Shown here piece by piece: positions 17,524 through 25,454 of a stretch of 64,000 nucleotides of DNA. The translations under genes were made by a program, and so were the position numbers. Source of the DNA: a virus (taxonomy: Duplodnaviria; Caudoviricetes); the IMG/VR virus record IMGVR_UViG_3300034420_000109, positions 1-64,000 of that record, one strand, 5' to 3'. Numbering within the stretch: position 1 is the stretch's first letter; each line of letters opens with the position of its first letter. Under the pieces are notes generated by a model. That model was not told where the DNA came from. It did no database searches and saw nothing but the letters and a program-made list of their open reading frames with translations.

Positions 17524-18285
17524 TCAGCCCTGGTCCTGGACCGGGGAAGGACTCGCAGAGTGGCGAGAGCAGGGACCCACGACGTATCCGCGGTAGGGGA
17601 TGCCGGTCAGCTGGCCGTTGAGCGACCCAAGGGTCCGCTCGGCGTCCAGCACCGTCGCCTTCATCAACTGCTCCACGACGGAGAGGATGAACCCGAGGCG
17701 CTGGGGTGAATCGGCGATCCACTCGGACTCGCACACCAGCTGGATCTCGGAACGCAGGTGGCCGATGCGGGGGCCCTCCCAGTAGCGGAGGCGCTCCATG
17801 ACGATTGACGGGACACCCAGGCGCCTGGCCTCTGCCTCGAAGGCCTCCACGATTCCGCCCACCAGGGCCAGCTGCTCGGAGGCGAGGGTGTCGGCCCGCA
17901 TTGTTTCGAGCGCGGGGAGGTTCACCTTGAGCCACTGCAGGTAGGACTCGGACACGATGCGAAAGCGCGCGTCCAGCAAGTCAAGGAAAAGGGCGCGGCG
18001 GCCCTGGTCGGGGATTGGGAGATTGGGGAGCAGGGATGCGCGCGCCAGCCGAATGTAGCCGAAGAGGCGGTGGCCGATGAGTTCCTGGGGCGAGCGGAGG
18101 TCGTCGGCGAACACGCATCCATCGCAGGGGCGGAAGTGGTCTCCGTGGGAACTCAGCAGCTTCCGGCGCGCCACCTTGTAGGCCAGGAAGAGGGCGAGCC
18201 CGAGGCCCCAAAGAACGAGGACGGTGACGGCGAACATGACGCCCTCGTTGAGCAGGCGGCGGGCTTGGTCGATGGTCCAGGGCAT
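17524..18285 (-). CDS. Membrane-anchored hypothetical protein
   Basis: N-terminal TM helix (VMFAVTVLVLWGLGLALFLAY) and a helical soluble domain. Confidence 0.7.
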   Translation of the reverse strand: MPWTIDQARRLLNEGVMFAVTVLVLWGLGLALFLAYKVARRKLLSSHGDHFRPCDGCVFADDLRSPQELIGHRLFGYIRLARASLLPNLPIPDQGRRALFLDLLDARFRIVSESYLQWLKVNLPALETMRADTLASEQLALVGGIVEAFEAEARRLGVPSIVMERLRYWEGPRIGHLRSEIQLVCESEWIADSPQRLGFILSVVEQLMKATVLDAERTLGSLNGQLTGIPYRGYVVGPCSRHSASPSPVQDQG

Positions 18286-18323
18286 CGCGGTCTCCAAAAG
18301 TGGCGGTGTTCCAGAAAAGCCTA

Positions 18324-20231
18324 TCACCGGCCGAAGGCGCGGAGGAGACCTGCAACCCCAGGACTTGCAACCATGAGCCCAGGATTTGAGCCAGCATCGG
18401 ATCGCAGCTGGCGAACGGAATCCAGCAGGTTCACGAATTCACGGGTCAACTGGGTGGAGGAAATCCCCAGCTTTGTCATGGAAAGGGCGGTGTCCGAGGT
18501 GAGGCCCGACAGCCGCTTCACCACCTGTCCCAGCTGGGCGAGTTCCTGCTCCATGTTCGCGTTCACACCGCCACCCACGACGTCGTCGCGGAGGCCAGCA
18601 CCAGACGAGATCCCGGTGATGGGATTGGTGATCGAAGGGTCCATGGCGGCGGACATCCAATCCGCGTTTCCAACCAGGTCCTCCGTGCTCCCCATGGTGA
18701 GCATCGCCTGCATCGGGCTCCCGCCCGCGCCGATCACGCTGCGCGCCGCGCCGATCCGCCCCAGCTTCCGCCCGATATCGCTCCTCGTCAGGCCCTGGGC
18801 CAGCACCGTCCCGGCCATCGCGCCGTATTGAGCCTTCACGTTCGCCACGCGCTGGGGGGTGAAGGCCAGTGCTGCAGCCTTCTCGCCCTCGGCGTTCAGG
18901 TTCCCATCCGCGCCCAGGAACTGGTTCATCATCAACACGGTCTGGGTGTCCCCGGTGGGAGCGGCACCGAGCCCGGCCGAGATGGCATCCCCGACACCCC
19001 GCTGCTGTTCGGAGGGGAGGCGGCCCCGGATCCTGGCGTCCATGGACAGCAGCGCCTCCTGGGCACCCTGGGTAAGGACGTTCGTCCCCATCATCCCCTT
19101 CTGGGAGATCTCCGCCAGCTTCTGCAGGGACTCGTTCGAGGAGAACCCGAAGGTCGCCGTTTTCGAGGTCCAGGTCTCAATGAGCGCCAGGTAGCGAGTC
19201 ATCTGCGCCGCGGCATCCCCGCCCTGGAGGGAGAACGAACCAGAGCGCACACCCGCACCGATGACGGAGCCCACCTGTGAGGATGAGACGCCGATCCGAA
19301 GCGCGGTCTCCGCTCCCTCGTTGAGGGAATCCACGACGCCGCGGTCGCCCACCGCCTGCCGCATGCCGCCGAACCCCAGGCCGGAGGACCCCACGATATC
19401 CCGGATATCCTTCTGCCAGATCCCCTGGCGGCTGGTGAACTGGTTGTCCCAGGCCCCGGCACGCCAGTTGAATCCGGCCCCCTCGGACATCCGCTTGTCC
19501 TCGGTCCAATCCGTGGCGTCCTGCAGGCGGTCCTTGGCGGCGCCGACCTGCAGCATCATGGTCCCGGCGAAGGCGGCCACGGGCACGGCCACCTTGGCGG
19601 CGCCGACCAGCCCGGCCGAGGCGTAGGACCCGGCACCACCGGCACCCAGAAGCCCCGTCTCAGAGGCCAGGGCAGCACCAGGGGCAAAGGTCCCGCCCGA
19701 ACCGGCGAGCATGTTCATCATCCAGCCCGGGGCCTTCACACCCGCCCCGGCGCCGCCCATGAGCATCGACATGAGGGAGTTCTGGGTGGTCCCGAGGGGG
19801 TTCTGGATGAGCCCCTGGAGGAGGTAGGGGTTCACATACCCCGGGCCGCCCTCGTCCTCGTCGTCCAGGGGGGAGGAACCAGGCTGTCCGGCCCGGCTGC
19901 GACGGCCGCGCCCCCGACCCAGACCGCCACCACCAGCAGCCTCCAGGGCCTTCACCAGCTTGGACATGGCATCGACCATGCGGTCGGTGGGGTTCAGGGG
20001 GCCAGAGCCCTCGGAGCCGCCGCCAAGGCTCTTCTCGGCCGCATCCTTCGCGTCCCGCGCGGTGCGATCCATGGAGGACTCAACACCAGGGAGTCCTCCA
20101 CCGCCGCCAGTCGAGACCTCGGGCACCAGCCGGATCTTTCCCTCCAGCTGGTAGGACTCGATCACACTCTGGGCTTCTCGCAGGGCCTCGCGGAGCCGGT
20201 CGCCAAGATTCAGGGGTTGGGAGAGGGCCAC
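18324..20231 (-). CDS. Tape measure protein (probable)
   Basis: 635 aa, Ala/Gly/Met-rich, helical, central hydrophobic segment; follows the tube and chaperone genes. Confidence 0.7.
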   Translation of the reverse strand: MALSQPLNLGDRLREALREAQSVIESYQLEGKIRLVPEVSTGGGGGLPGVESSMDRTARDAKDAAEKSLGGGSEGSGPLNPTDRMVDAMSKLVKALEAAGGGGLGRGRGRRSRAGQPGSSPLDDEDEGGPGYVNPYLLQGLIQNPLGTTQNSLMSMLMGGAGAGVKAPGWMMNMLAGSGGTFAPGAALASETGLLGAGGAGSYASAGLVGAAKVAVPVAAFAGTMMLQVGAAKDRLQDATDWTEDKRMSEGAGFNWRAGAWDNQFTSRQGIWQKDIRDIVGSSGLGFGGMRQAVGDRGVVDSLNEGAETALRIGVSSSQVGSVIGAGVRSGSFSLQGGDAAAQMTRYLALIETWTSKTATFGFSSNESLQKLAEISQKGMMGTNVLTQGAQEALLSMDARIRGRLPSEQQRGVGDAISAGLGAAPTGDTQTVLMMNQFLGADGNLNAEGEKAAALAFTPQRVANVKAQYGAMAGTVLAQGLTRSDIGRKLGRIGAARSVIGAGGSPMQAMLTMGSTEDLVGNADWMSAAMDPSITNPITGISSGAGLRDDVVGGGVNANMEQELAQLGQVVKRLSGLTSDTALSMTKLGISSTQLTREFVNLLDSVRQLRSDAGSNPGLMVASPGVAGLLRAFGR

Positions 20232-20240
20232 GGCATCCTC

Positions 20241-20852
20241 CTAGCGGACGGTCAGATCGAGGAGGCTAATGCTCCACCGCTTCGGAAGGCTCGTCCCGAA
20301 GGACCGGATAGAGCCGAATTCCTTGACGACCTCGTAGGCGCGAGGGGAGGCATAGGTCAGGGTCGTGGTCACAGCCACGCTGATCCGGCCGTCCACGCCG
20401 GGGACCGGCGGGGTGACGGGAACGATGGAGAGCCCATCCAGAGACCGGACGAACGCCTGGAGGCCCGTGAACCCGGCGGGCAGGGCCAGGTTGGTGCCGG
20501 GGAGCACGACGCTCTGCCGGGCATCCAGGACCATCTGGTCATAGACGCGATCCCCCTCATTCATTAGGGCGTAGCAGGGGGCGGTGTAGTCCACGATCAT
20601 CGAGGCTGCGCCGGTCGCGCCGGGGCCAATGGTGTTCGCCATCATGGCCCGGTTAAAAGCCTTCTGTGCGATGAGCCCGACATGGAAGGGCACCGAGAGG
20701 GGCGAGAACCACCGCCCCGTCCCGGAACAGATCGCGCAGGTCTGGTTTGCCGCGCCGCCGAGGCCAACACAGGGGCAGAGGTTGGAGGCGGCCCAGCGAA
20801 CGAGCGTCGGGAATTCATCCTGAGTGAGTTCCTCGAAATCAGCGCCGTCCAT
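20241..20852 (-). CDS. Head-closure/neck-type virion protein
   Basis: VRW...LCPC...C.ICSGTG motif as seen in SPO1/Twort-like neck proteins. Confidence 0.6.
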   Translation of the reverse strand: MDGADFEELTQDEFPTLVRWAASNLCPCVGLGGAANQTCAICSGTGRWFSPLSVPFHVGLIAQKAFNRAMMANTIGPGATGAASMIVDYTAPCYALMNEGDRVYDQMVLDARQSVVLPGTNLALPAGFTGLQAFVRSLDGLSIVPVTPPVPGVDGRISVAVTTTLTYASPRAYEVVKEFGSIRSFGTSLPKRWSISLLDLTVR

Positions 20853-20855
20853 GCC

Positions 20856-21113
20856 TCACCCCCGGGTTACGTGCCTCCGATACCATTCCAACAGGAGGAC
20901 CGCCGCGCTGTCACGCGCCACGCCCTGCTGGTCTGCAAGTTCATCACGCTTCGCCGGGTCTGCCATGAGGATGGCCCACTCCATCTGGGGCACAGAGAGA
21001 GCCTGGAGCCGGGCATCAAACGGGGACCAGCCGAGGGCCCTAGCCGCGGTCCACAGGACCGTCTGCAGGTTTGTCGGGTCCTGGCGCCCCTTCTCCCGCA
21101 GCGCGGCTGCGAA
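20856..21113 (-). CDS. T segment of the tail assembly chaperone G-T fusion (reached by +1 frameshift)
   Basis: FAAALREKGRQDPTNLQTVLWTAARALGWSPFDARLQALSVPQMEWAIL; no good independent start. Confidence 0.65.
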   Translation of the reverse strand, partial: FAAALREKGRQDPTNLQTVLWTAARALGWSPFDARLQALSVPQMEWAILMADPAKRDELADQQGVARDSAAVLLLEWYRRHVTRG

Positions 21114-21507
21114 AAGAGTCCCTCCAGGCCAACCACCGCGTCCAGAGATCCACGAGGTCAGGCGGGCATGGCAGCCGATCCGGGGCGGGGACAGGGGGCC
21201 TCGTCGGGTCGGGGTTGGGGCGCCACCAGCGGGCGGGGGCGGACTCCAGGCAGACGTTGAAGGTTGCCAGCGCGCGCGCCAAGAGGGTCCCACCCCGCAT
21301 CACCGCCAGGCGCTCGATTTCGACCTCATCCCCGAAGCAGGGATAGCGGAGGACGACGTGCCCGTTGGTTTCAGGCCAGGCCTCCGAGATGAAGTCCGCC
21401 TCGAAGACGGGGAGCTTGAAGATATCCCCGTCGCGGACGTCCGGGATAGAGCCAGGGCCGCCAAGAAGGGCGGCCCTGGAGACGATGGGGTTGGGTTCGA
21501 TGGTCAT
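21040..21507 (-). CDS. Tail assembly chaperone G
   Basis: Directly after the tail tube gene; W..W..WRDSFR near the C-terminus. Confidence 0.75.
   Translation of the reverse strand: MTIEPNPIVSRAALLGGPGSIPDVRDGDIFKLPVFEADFISEAWPETNGHVVLRYPCFGDEVEIERLAVMRGGTLLARALATFNVCLESAPARWWRPNPDPTRPPVPAPDRLPCPPDLVDLWTRWLAWRDSFRSRAAGEGAPGPDKPADGPVDRG
21109..21117 (-). other. Putative +1 ribosomal frameshift site TCT_TTT_CGC
   Basis: In frame with G (codons 131-133); the +1 frame stays open and protein-like to 20856. Confidence 0.6.
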
Positions 21508-21510
21508 GGC

Positions 21511-21951
21511 CTACCCGTTGGACTGGCTCCCCGAGCGGGTGTTGATGGCACGGAAGGAGACTCGTTTGGAAACAAGCTGCCCGGTGGTGAACCCGGCAGA
21601 CCCGGAGGCCAAGCTGACCTCCTCCAGACGGATGATAACCTTCCCCGTCACCTTGTCGATGACGTCGATATCGAAAGCGCCCTGCCGGATGGCCTCGGCG
21701 GCCGTCTTCGGCACCAGGGGATTCGTGGTGTCCACCAGTTCGTCCCGGATGAAATACTGCCGGAACTCGCCGGAGACGATGTAGCGGGTCTGCTGGTGTT
21801 CCACGACGGTCGTCTGGCCCAGGACGGGCGCGTCCTGGAGGCCGTAGTCCGTGGAATAGGAGAGGTCGAAGAAGAATCCGACCTCCTTCCCCTTCACCAG
21901 AATCTTGGCGGTGTGCCCGCCAAGGATGCGGGCTTCTTCCTGACTGGCCAT
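21511..21951 (-). CDS. Tail tube protein
   Basis: 146 aa, beta-rich (G.EVG...LSYS.DYG....VLG...VEH), directly after the sheath gene. Confidence 0.88.
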   Translation of the reverse strand: MASQEEARILGGHTAKILVKGKEVGFFFDLSYSTDYGLQDAPVLGQTTVVEHQQTRYIVSGEFRQYFIRDELVDTTNPLVPKTAAEAIRQGAFDIDVIDKVTGKVIIRLEEVSLASGSAGFTTGQLVSKRVSFRAINTRSGSQSNG

Positions 21952-21962
21952 GGCGGCGCCTC

Positions 21963-23771
21963 CTAGATTTCAATGGGGACGGGGGTCAGCTTGGTGCGGA
22001 CCCGGATGAAGTCGGTCTCGCCCACAGGGTGGGCGTTCACATCGATGGCCCACATTCCCAGGGTGGAATCGCCCACGACCGTCAGGCTTTCCCAGGCAGG
22101 GATTCGCGCGCCATTCTGGCGGCCTTCGGTGAGGAAGCCGTCGGGGTTGTTGCCGGTGTAGATCACGCCATCCAGGGCTTTCGCACAGTCGGTCTTGATC
22201 CGCTCGCCCTCTTCAAGGCTGAGGGGGCCACCGATGTAACCCGACAGGACCGAGAGCCACATCCGCTGGATGACGTGCTGGATCGTGAGGCCCTGGAGGT
22301 TGCGGAACTGGGGGTTGGTGGTCTGGTAGGTCGTGATGGCCTGGACGCAGCGGGTGCGGCCGGTCTCCGAGTCGAAGTAGAGGGTGAAGACACCCCCGTC
22401 CAGCAGGGCCTCCTTCGTGGACTTGGCGACAGAGGGGAACTCGAGGCCCTGGGAGATGAACGGCTTGTTCGTCAGGGGGTCCTTGGTCCGGCCGCCAGCC
22501 CAGGCGCCGATGGCTTGCGCGGCCACGCCGAGACCCCCCAGCTGCTCGGATTCCCCGGTCAAGGGGTTGGGGGCGGCGGAGCCGTTGAAGCAGAGCACGG
22601 CCGGGCCGTCGAGGGCCTGGGCCCGGGCGACGGCCGCAGCAGCGGCCAGGGTGTCGGTCGCCGCGGTGGCGTCGGCGCCATCCACGTTCGAGGTCCCCGT
22701 CAGATTCAGGCCCGTGAAGAGGACCCGGAACTTCTGGAAATCGGACTGACCCATGGTGATGCAGTGGGTGAGGGCCAGCTGCTGGATGGCCAGCGCCGAG
22801 GACTGGACGAAGAGGCCGTGCGCCGTGGTGGTGGCGGCAAGGGCCAGGGCGGGGTTGAGGGCGGTCGCGTCGATGGTGTCGTAGGAGCGCCCAGCGCCGC
22901 CGGTGAGGGCGGTCTCGGCGACCACAGCCAGGGGGCCCGGAGCCGCGGGGAGGACGGCGGAGACCAGAGGGTTCTGGGAGTTGAGCAGGAAGGCGGCCAG
23001 CCCGGCCTCGGCGGGGCAGAAAATCGCCTGGACGCCGACGGGGGTGGTGCCGGAATTGAGGACCGTGGTGGGATACCAGGAGGCGCCCACGACCTGCGCC
23101 GTCCAGCCAGCGTGCCCATTCACCCAGGCGGCAAGGTCCTTGAGGGTGGGAGCGGACGTGAAGGGCACTTCATCCACGACCGTGGCGCCGTTGAGCAGCT
23201 GGGCCACGTTGGCGGTGAAGTCCATCTTGAAGGAGAGACCGGCCCCACTGGTGAGCAGAAGGCCCGAGCGGAGGTAGTAGCTGAAGGACCGCTTGTCGGC
23301 CAGGTTCTTGACGGCCAGGGTCCAGGGCTTGAAGTTCACCGTGGGGCCGTAGCTGATGGGCAGCGCCGCATCTCCCACGGCGTCCTGGGCGATGGAGAAC
23401 CGGATGCCGTTGGTCCAGAATCCGAAGTCCCGGCTGGCGAGGTTCAGGGCCGCCGAGGTCCAGGCGGCCTGCGCGGCCGTGCTGCTGGCCCGGATGAACC
23501 GGACCTCGGAGGCACCGGGCAGATCCGGGGAGGGCGCGAAGGCGCGCGCGATGTAGGACAGGATCCGGCCGGAGCGTAGCAAGGTCTTCGCCTCGTCGAA
23601 GGACCGGAAGCGGTAGACCTTCGAGGGGTCGCCACCGTCGGACACACCGATGAACAGCGGGATCTTCACCCCGACCGGAGAGACGGGGGTCATCGCGGAG
23701 GCGTCAATCTCAGCGATGACGCCGGGGATCGTGACGAGCTTCCCGGCAGCCAGAATACCGACAGCAGCCAT
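21963..23771 (-). CDS. Contractile tail sheath protein
   Basis: 602 aa; N-terminal IPGV.A.ID, G.S.GG.P..VY.F.S..EA..LRSG; C-terminal LL.GGV.T, AITTY. Confidence 0.93.
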   Translation of the reverse strand: MAAVGILAAGKLVTIPGVIAEIDASAMTPVSPVGVKIPLFIGVSDGGDPSKVYRFRSFDEAKTLLRSGRILSYIARAFAPSPDLPGASEVRFIRASSTAAQAAWTSAALNLASRDFGFWTNGIRFSIAQDAVGDAALPISYGPTVNFKPWTLAVKNLADKRSFSYYLRSGLLLTSGAGLSFKMDFTANVAQLLNGATVVDEVPFTSAPTLKDLAAWVNGHAGWTAQVVGASWYPTTVLNSGTTPVGVQAIFCPAEAGLAAFLLNSQNPLVSAVLPAAPGPLAVVAETALTGGAGRSYDTIDATALNPALALAATTTAHGLFVQSSALAIQQLALTHCITMGQSDFQKFRVLFTGLNLTGTSNVDGADATAATDTLAAAAAVARAQALDGPAVLCFNGSAAPNPLTGESEQLGGLGVAAQAIGAWAGGRTKDPLTNKPFISQGLEFPSVAKSTKEALLDGGVFTLYFDSETGRTRCVQAITTYQTTNPQFRNLQGLTIQHVIQRMWLSVLSGYIGGPLSLEEGERIKTDCAKALDGVIYTGNNPDGFLTEGRQNGARIPAWESLTVVGDSTLGMWAIDVNAHPVGETDFIRVRTKLTPVPIEI

Positions 23772-23781
23772 GCTGCACCTC

Positions 23782-24609
23782 CTAGACGGTTAGGTGACCC
23801 TGATAGTTGCGCTGCGGGAGGACCAGCCGAGACCAGATGGTCCCAGTGAGTTCGCACGACAGCAGGAAAAGAGGCTTCTCCATCAGGGAGGCGGTGAAGT
23901 CCTCGGATTCAGAAATGGAGAACGACGGCTCTGAGAGCCCCGCGAAGGGGGCCATCGCCGAAAGGCCCTGCATGGTGTTGGCGAACCAGGGGGCCAGGAC
24001 GTCCCGCTCTTCTGGGAATTCAGACCACAGGGTCATGGCGAGGTTTGCGGAGAACCCGATAGCCTCCTCGGACTTGGTGGAGGATACCTGCTTGCTGATC
24101 TCGCCCAGCACCCGCGCCGTGATGGGCGAGGCCTTGAACTGGACAGACAGCGACGGTAGGCCGTGGGCATCGCGCGGGAAGGCACCACGAATGGCGACCT
24201 TCTTTCCCTGGAAGAGGGGGGCCGGAGCACCCTGGGCCAGCAGCTGGAGGGCATCGATGGCCCAGGTCTTCATGTAGGGGAAATGGGCCTCCCACGAGGA
24301 GGACAGGTCCACCGCCACCTCGGGGCCCTTCACCCAACCCGCAGCCACCCTGGCGAACCAGGACACCACCGCGGGCCCGGCAATCAGCTTCATGGCCGAG
24401 GAGGATGCGTTCACCCCCATGGGCACGGTCACGGGCGCAGCCGTGGGGTCAGTGACGGTGGCGACCGAGGCAGACCCGACCATGGCCCGGATTTCAAGGA
24501 TGGCGTCTGCAGCGTCCGCCGATCCGGGCACCACCCAGGCGATGAACTGCGCCACCCCGGGGAAGCCCGCGGGGCGCACGGCGTAGCTATTCCAGACGGG
24601 GGCGGCCAT
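23782..24609 (-). CDS. Tail terminator/completion-type virion protein
   Basis: AFPRD...LPSLSVQ, MTLWSEFPEERD; directly upstream of the sheath gene. Confidence 0.55.
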   Translation of the reverse strand: MAAPVWNSYAVRPAGFPGVAQFIAWVVPGSADAADAILEIRAMVGSASVATVTDPTAAPVTVPMGVNASSSAMKLIAGPAVVSWFARVAAGWVKGPEVAVDLSSSWEAHFPYMKTWAIDALQLLAQGAPAPLFQGKKVAIRGAFPRDAHGLPSLSVQFKASPITARVLGEISKQVSSTKSEEAIGFSANLAMTLWSEFPEERDVLAPWFANTMQGLSAMAPFAGLSEPSFSISESEDFTASLMEKPLFLLSCELTGTIWSRLVLPQRNYQGHLTV

Positions 24610-24723
24610 GCACGAAGAATACCGATGGGCCCACATGGGGGGCTCAAGTATCTTGTGAGGCGCCGCGATGCGAAACAGACAAAAGACCAACGGGCGCAAG
24701 GGCTCGAATGTCAGAATGGGGAC

Positions 24724-25446
24724 ATGGCGCGCATCGACGATCTGACCTCCCGGATGATCGGGACCATGCCCCTCCCGGCTCCGGAGAGTGGGCCCCGGTT
24801 CTCCCGGGCCAGGTTGTGGGCGAAGGCTGTGGCCGACAACGAGACTCAGACCGCTGCCGCAATCGAGCAGATGAAGCTGCCTGCCACGCTGGAGCGGGTG
24901 GACGCGAACCCCACCGTCTGGACCGAGGAAAGCAGCGCAGGGTGGCGATTCCTTTCCGCGGACGCGATCCCGGGCGCATCCGACGTCTTCCTGAACCTGT
25001 GGGGCAGGGCGCTGCAGGTCCCGCGCTACAACAGCGAGACGGACCAGCCATACGCCCGCAGGATCGTGGACGAGGTGATCAGCCCCAGCACCACAAACAT
25101 GGGAATGGGGGCCCTGATCGACCGGCTGCTCGGGATGACGGGAACGCGCGTCATCGAGGGGGAGGGGTTCTTCAGCACCATCCGCCTGAACGACGGGCAC
25201 CGCCTGAATGCCGGGAAGAGGCTGATGGGGTTCGGAGCCTTCGGGGCCGAGAGCCTCTGGAACACCTTCATCGTGGTCCTTCCATCCCCCCTTGTGAACC
25301 TATCTATAGAAAAAGATTTGATCGCGTTAATTGACCGAAGGCGAGGGGCGGGGAATCGTCTTTTAGCCATCGTGTGGAATCAATCACTAGCCCCAACAAT
25401 GCATTACGTCCAACTAGGATATGTCCAATCTGGATATGTCCAATAG
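24724..25446 (+). CDS. Baseplate wedge protein (P2 gpI / DUF2313-like)
   Basis: FLNLWGRALQVPRYNSETDQPYARRI; start reassigned to MARIDDL. Confidence 0.7.
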   Translation: MARIDDLTSRMIGTMPLPAPESGPRFSRARLWAKAVADNETQTAAAIEQMKLPATLERVDANPTVWTEESSAGWRFLSADAIPGASDVFLNLWGRALQVPRYNSETDQPYARRIVDEVISPSTTNMGMGALIDRLLGMTGTRVIEGEGFFSTIRLNDGHRLNAGKRLMGFGAFGAESLWNTFIVVLPSPLVNLSIEKDLIALIDRRRGAGNRLLAIVWNQSLAPTMHYVQLGYVQSGYVQ

Positions 25447-25454
25447 GAGCCAAA

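Noticed and set aside
25400-25446. GGATATGTCCAA tandem repeat as a regulatory or recombination site
   Set aside because: It is explained by a YVQ-GYVQ-GYVQ peptide repeat; noted only as a cassette junction.
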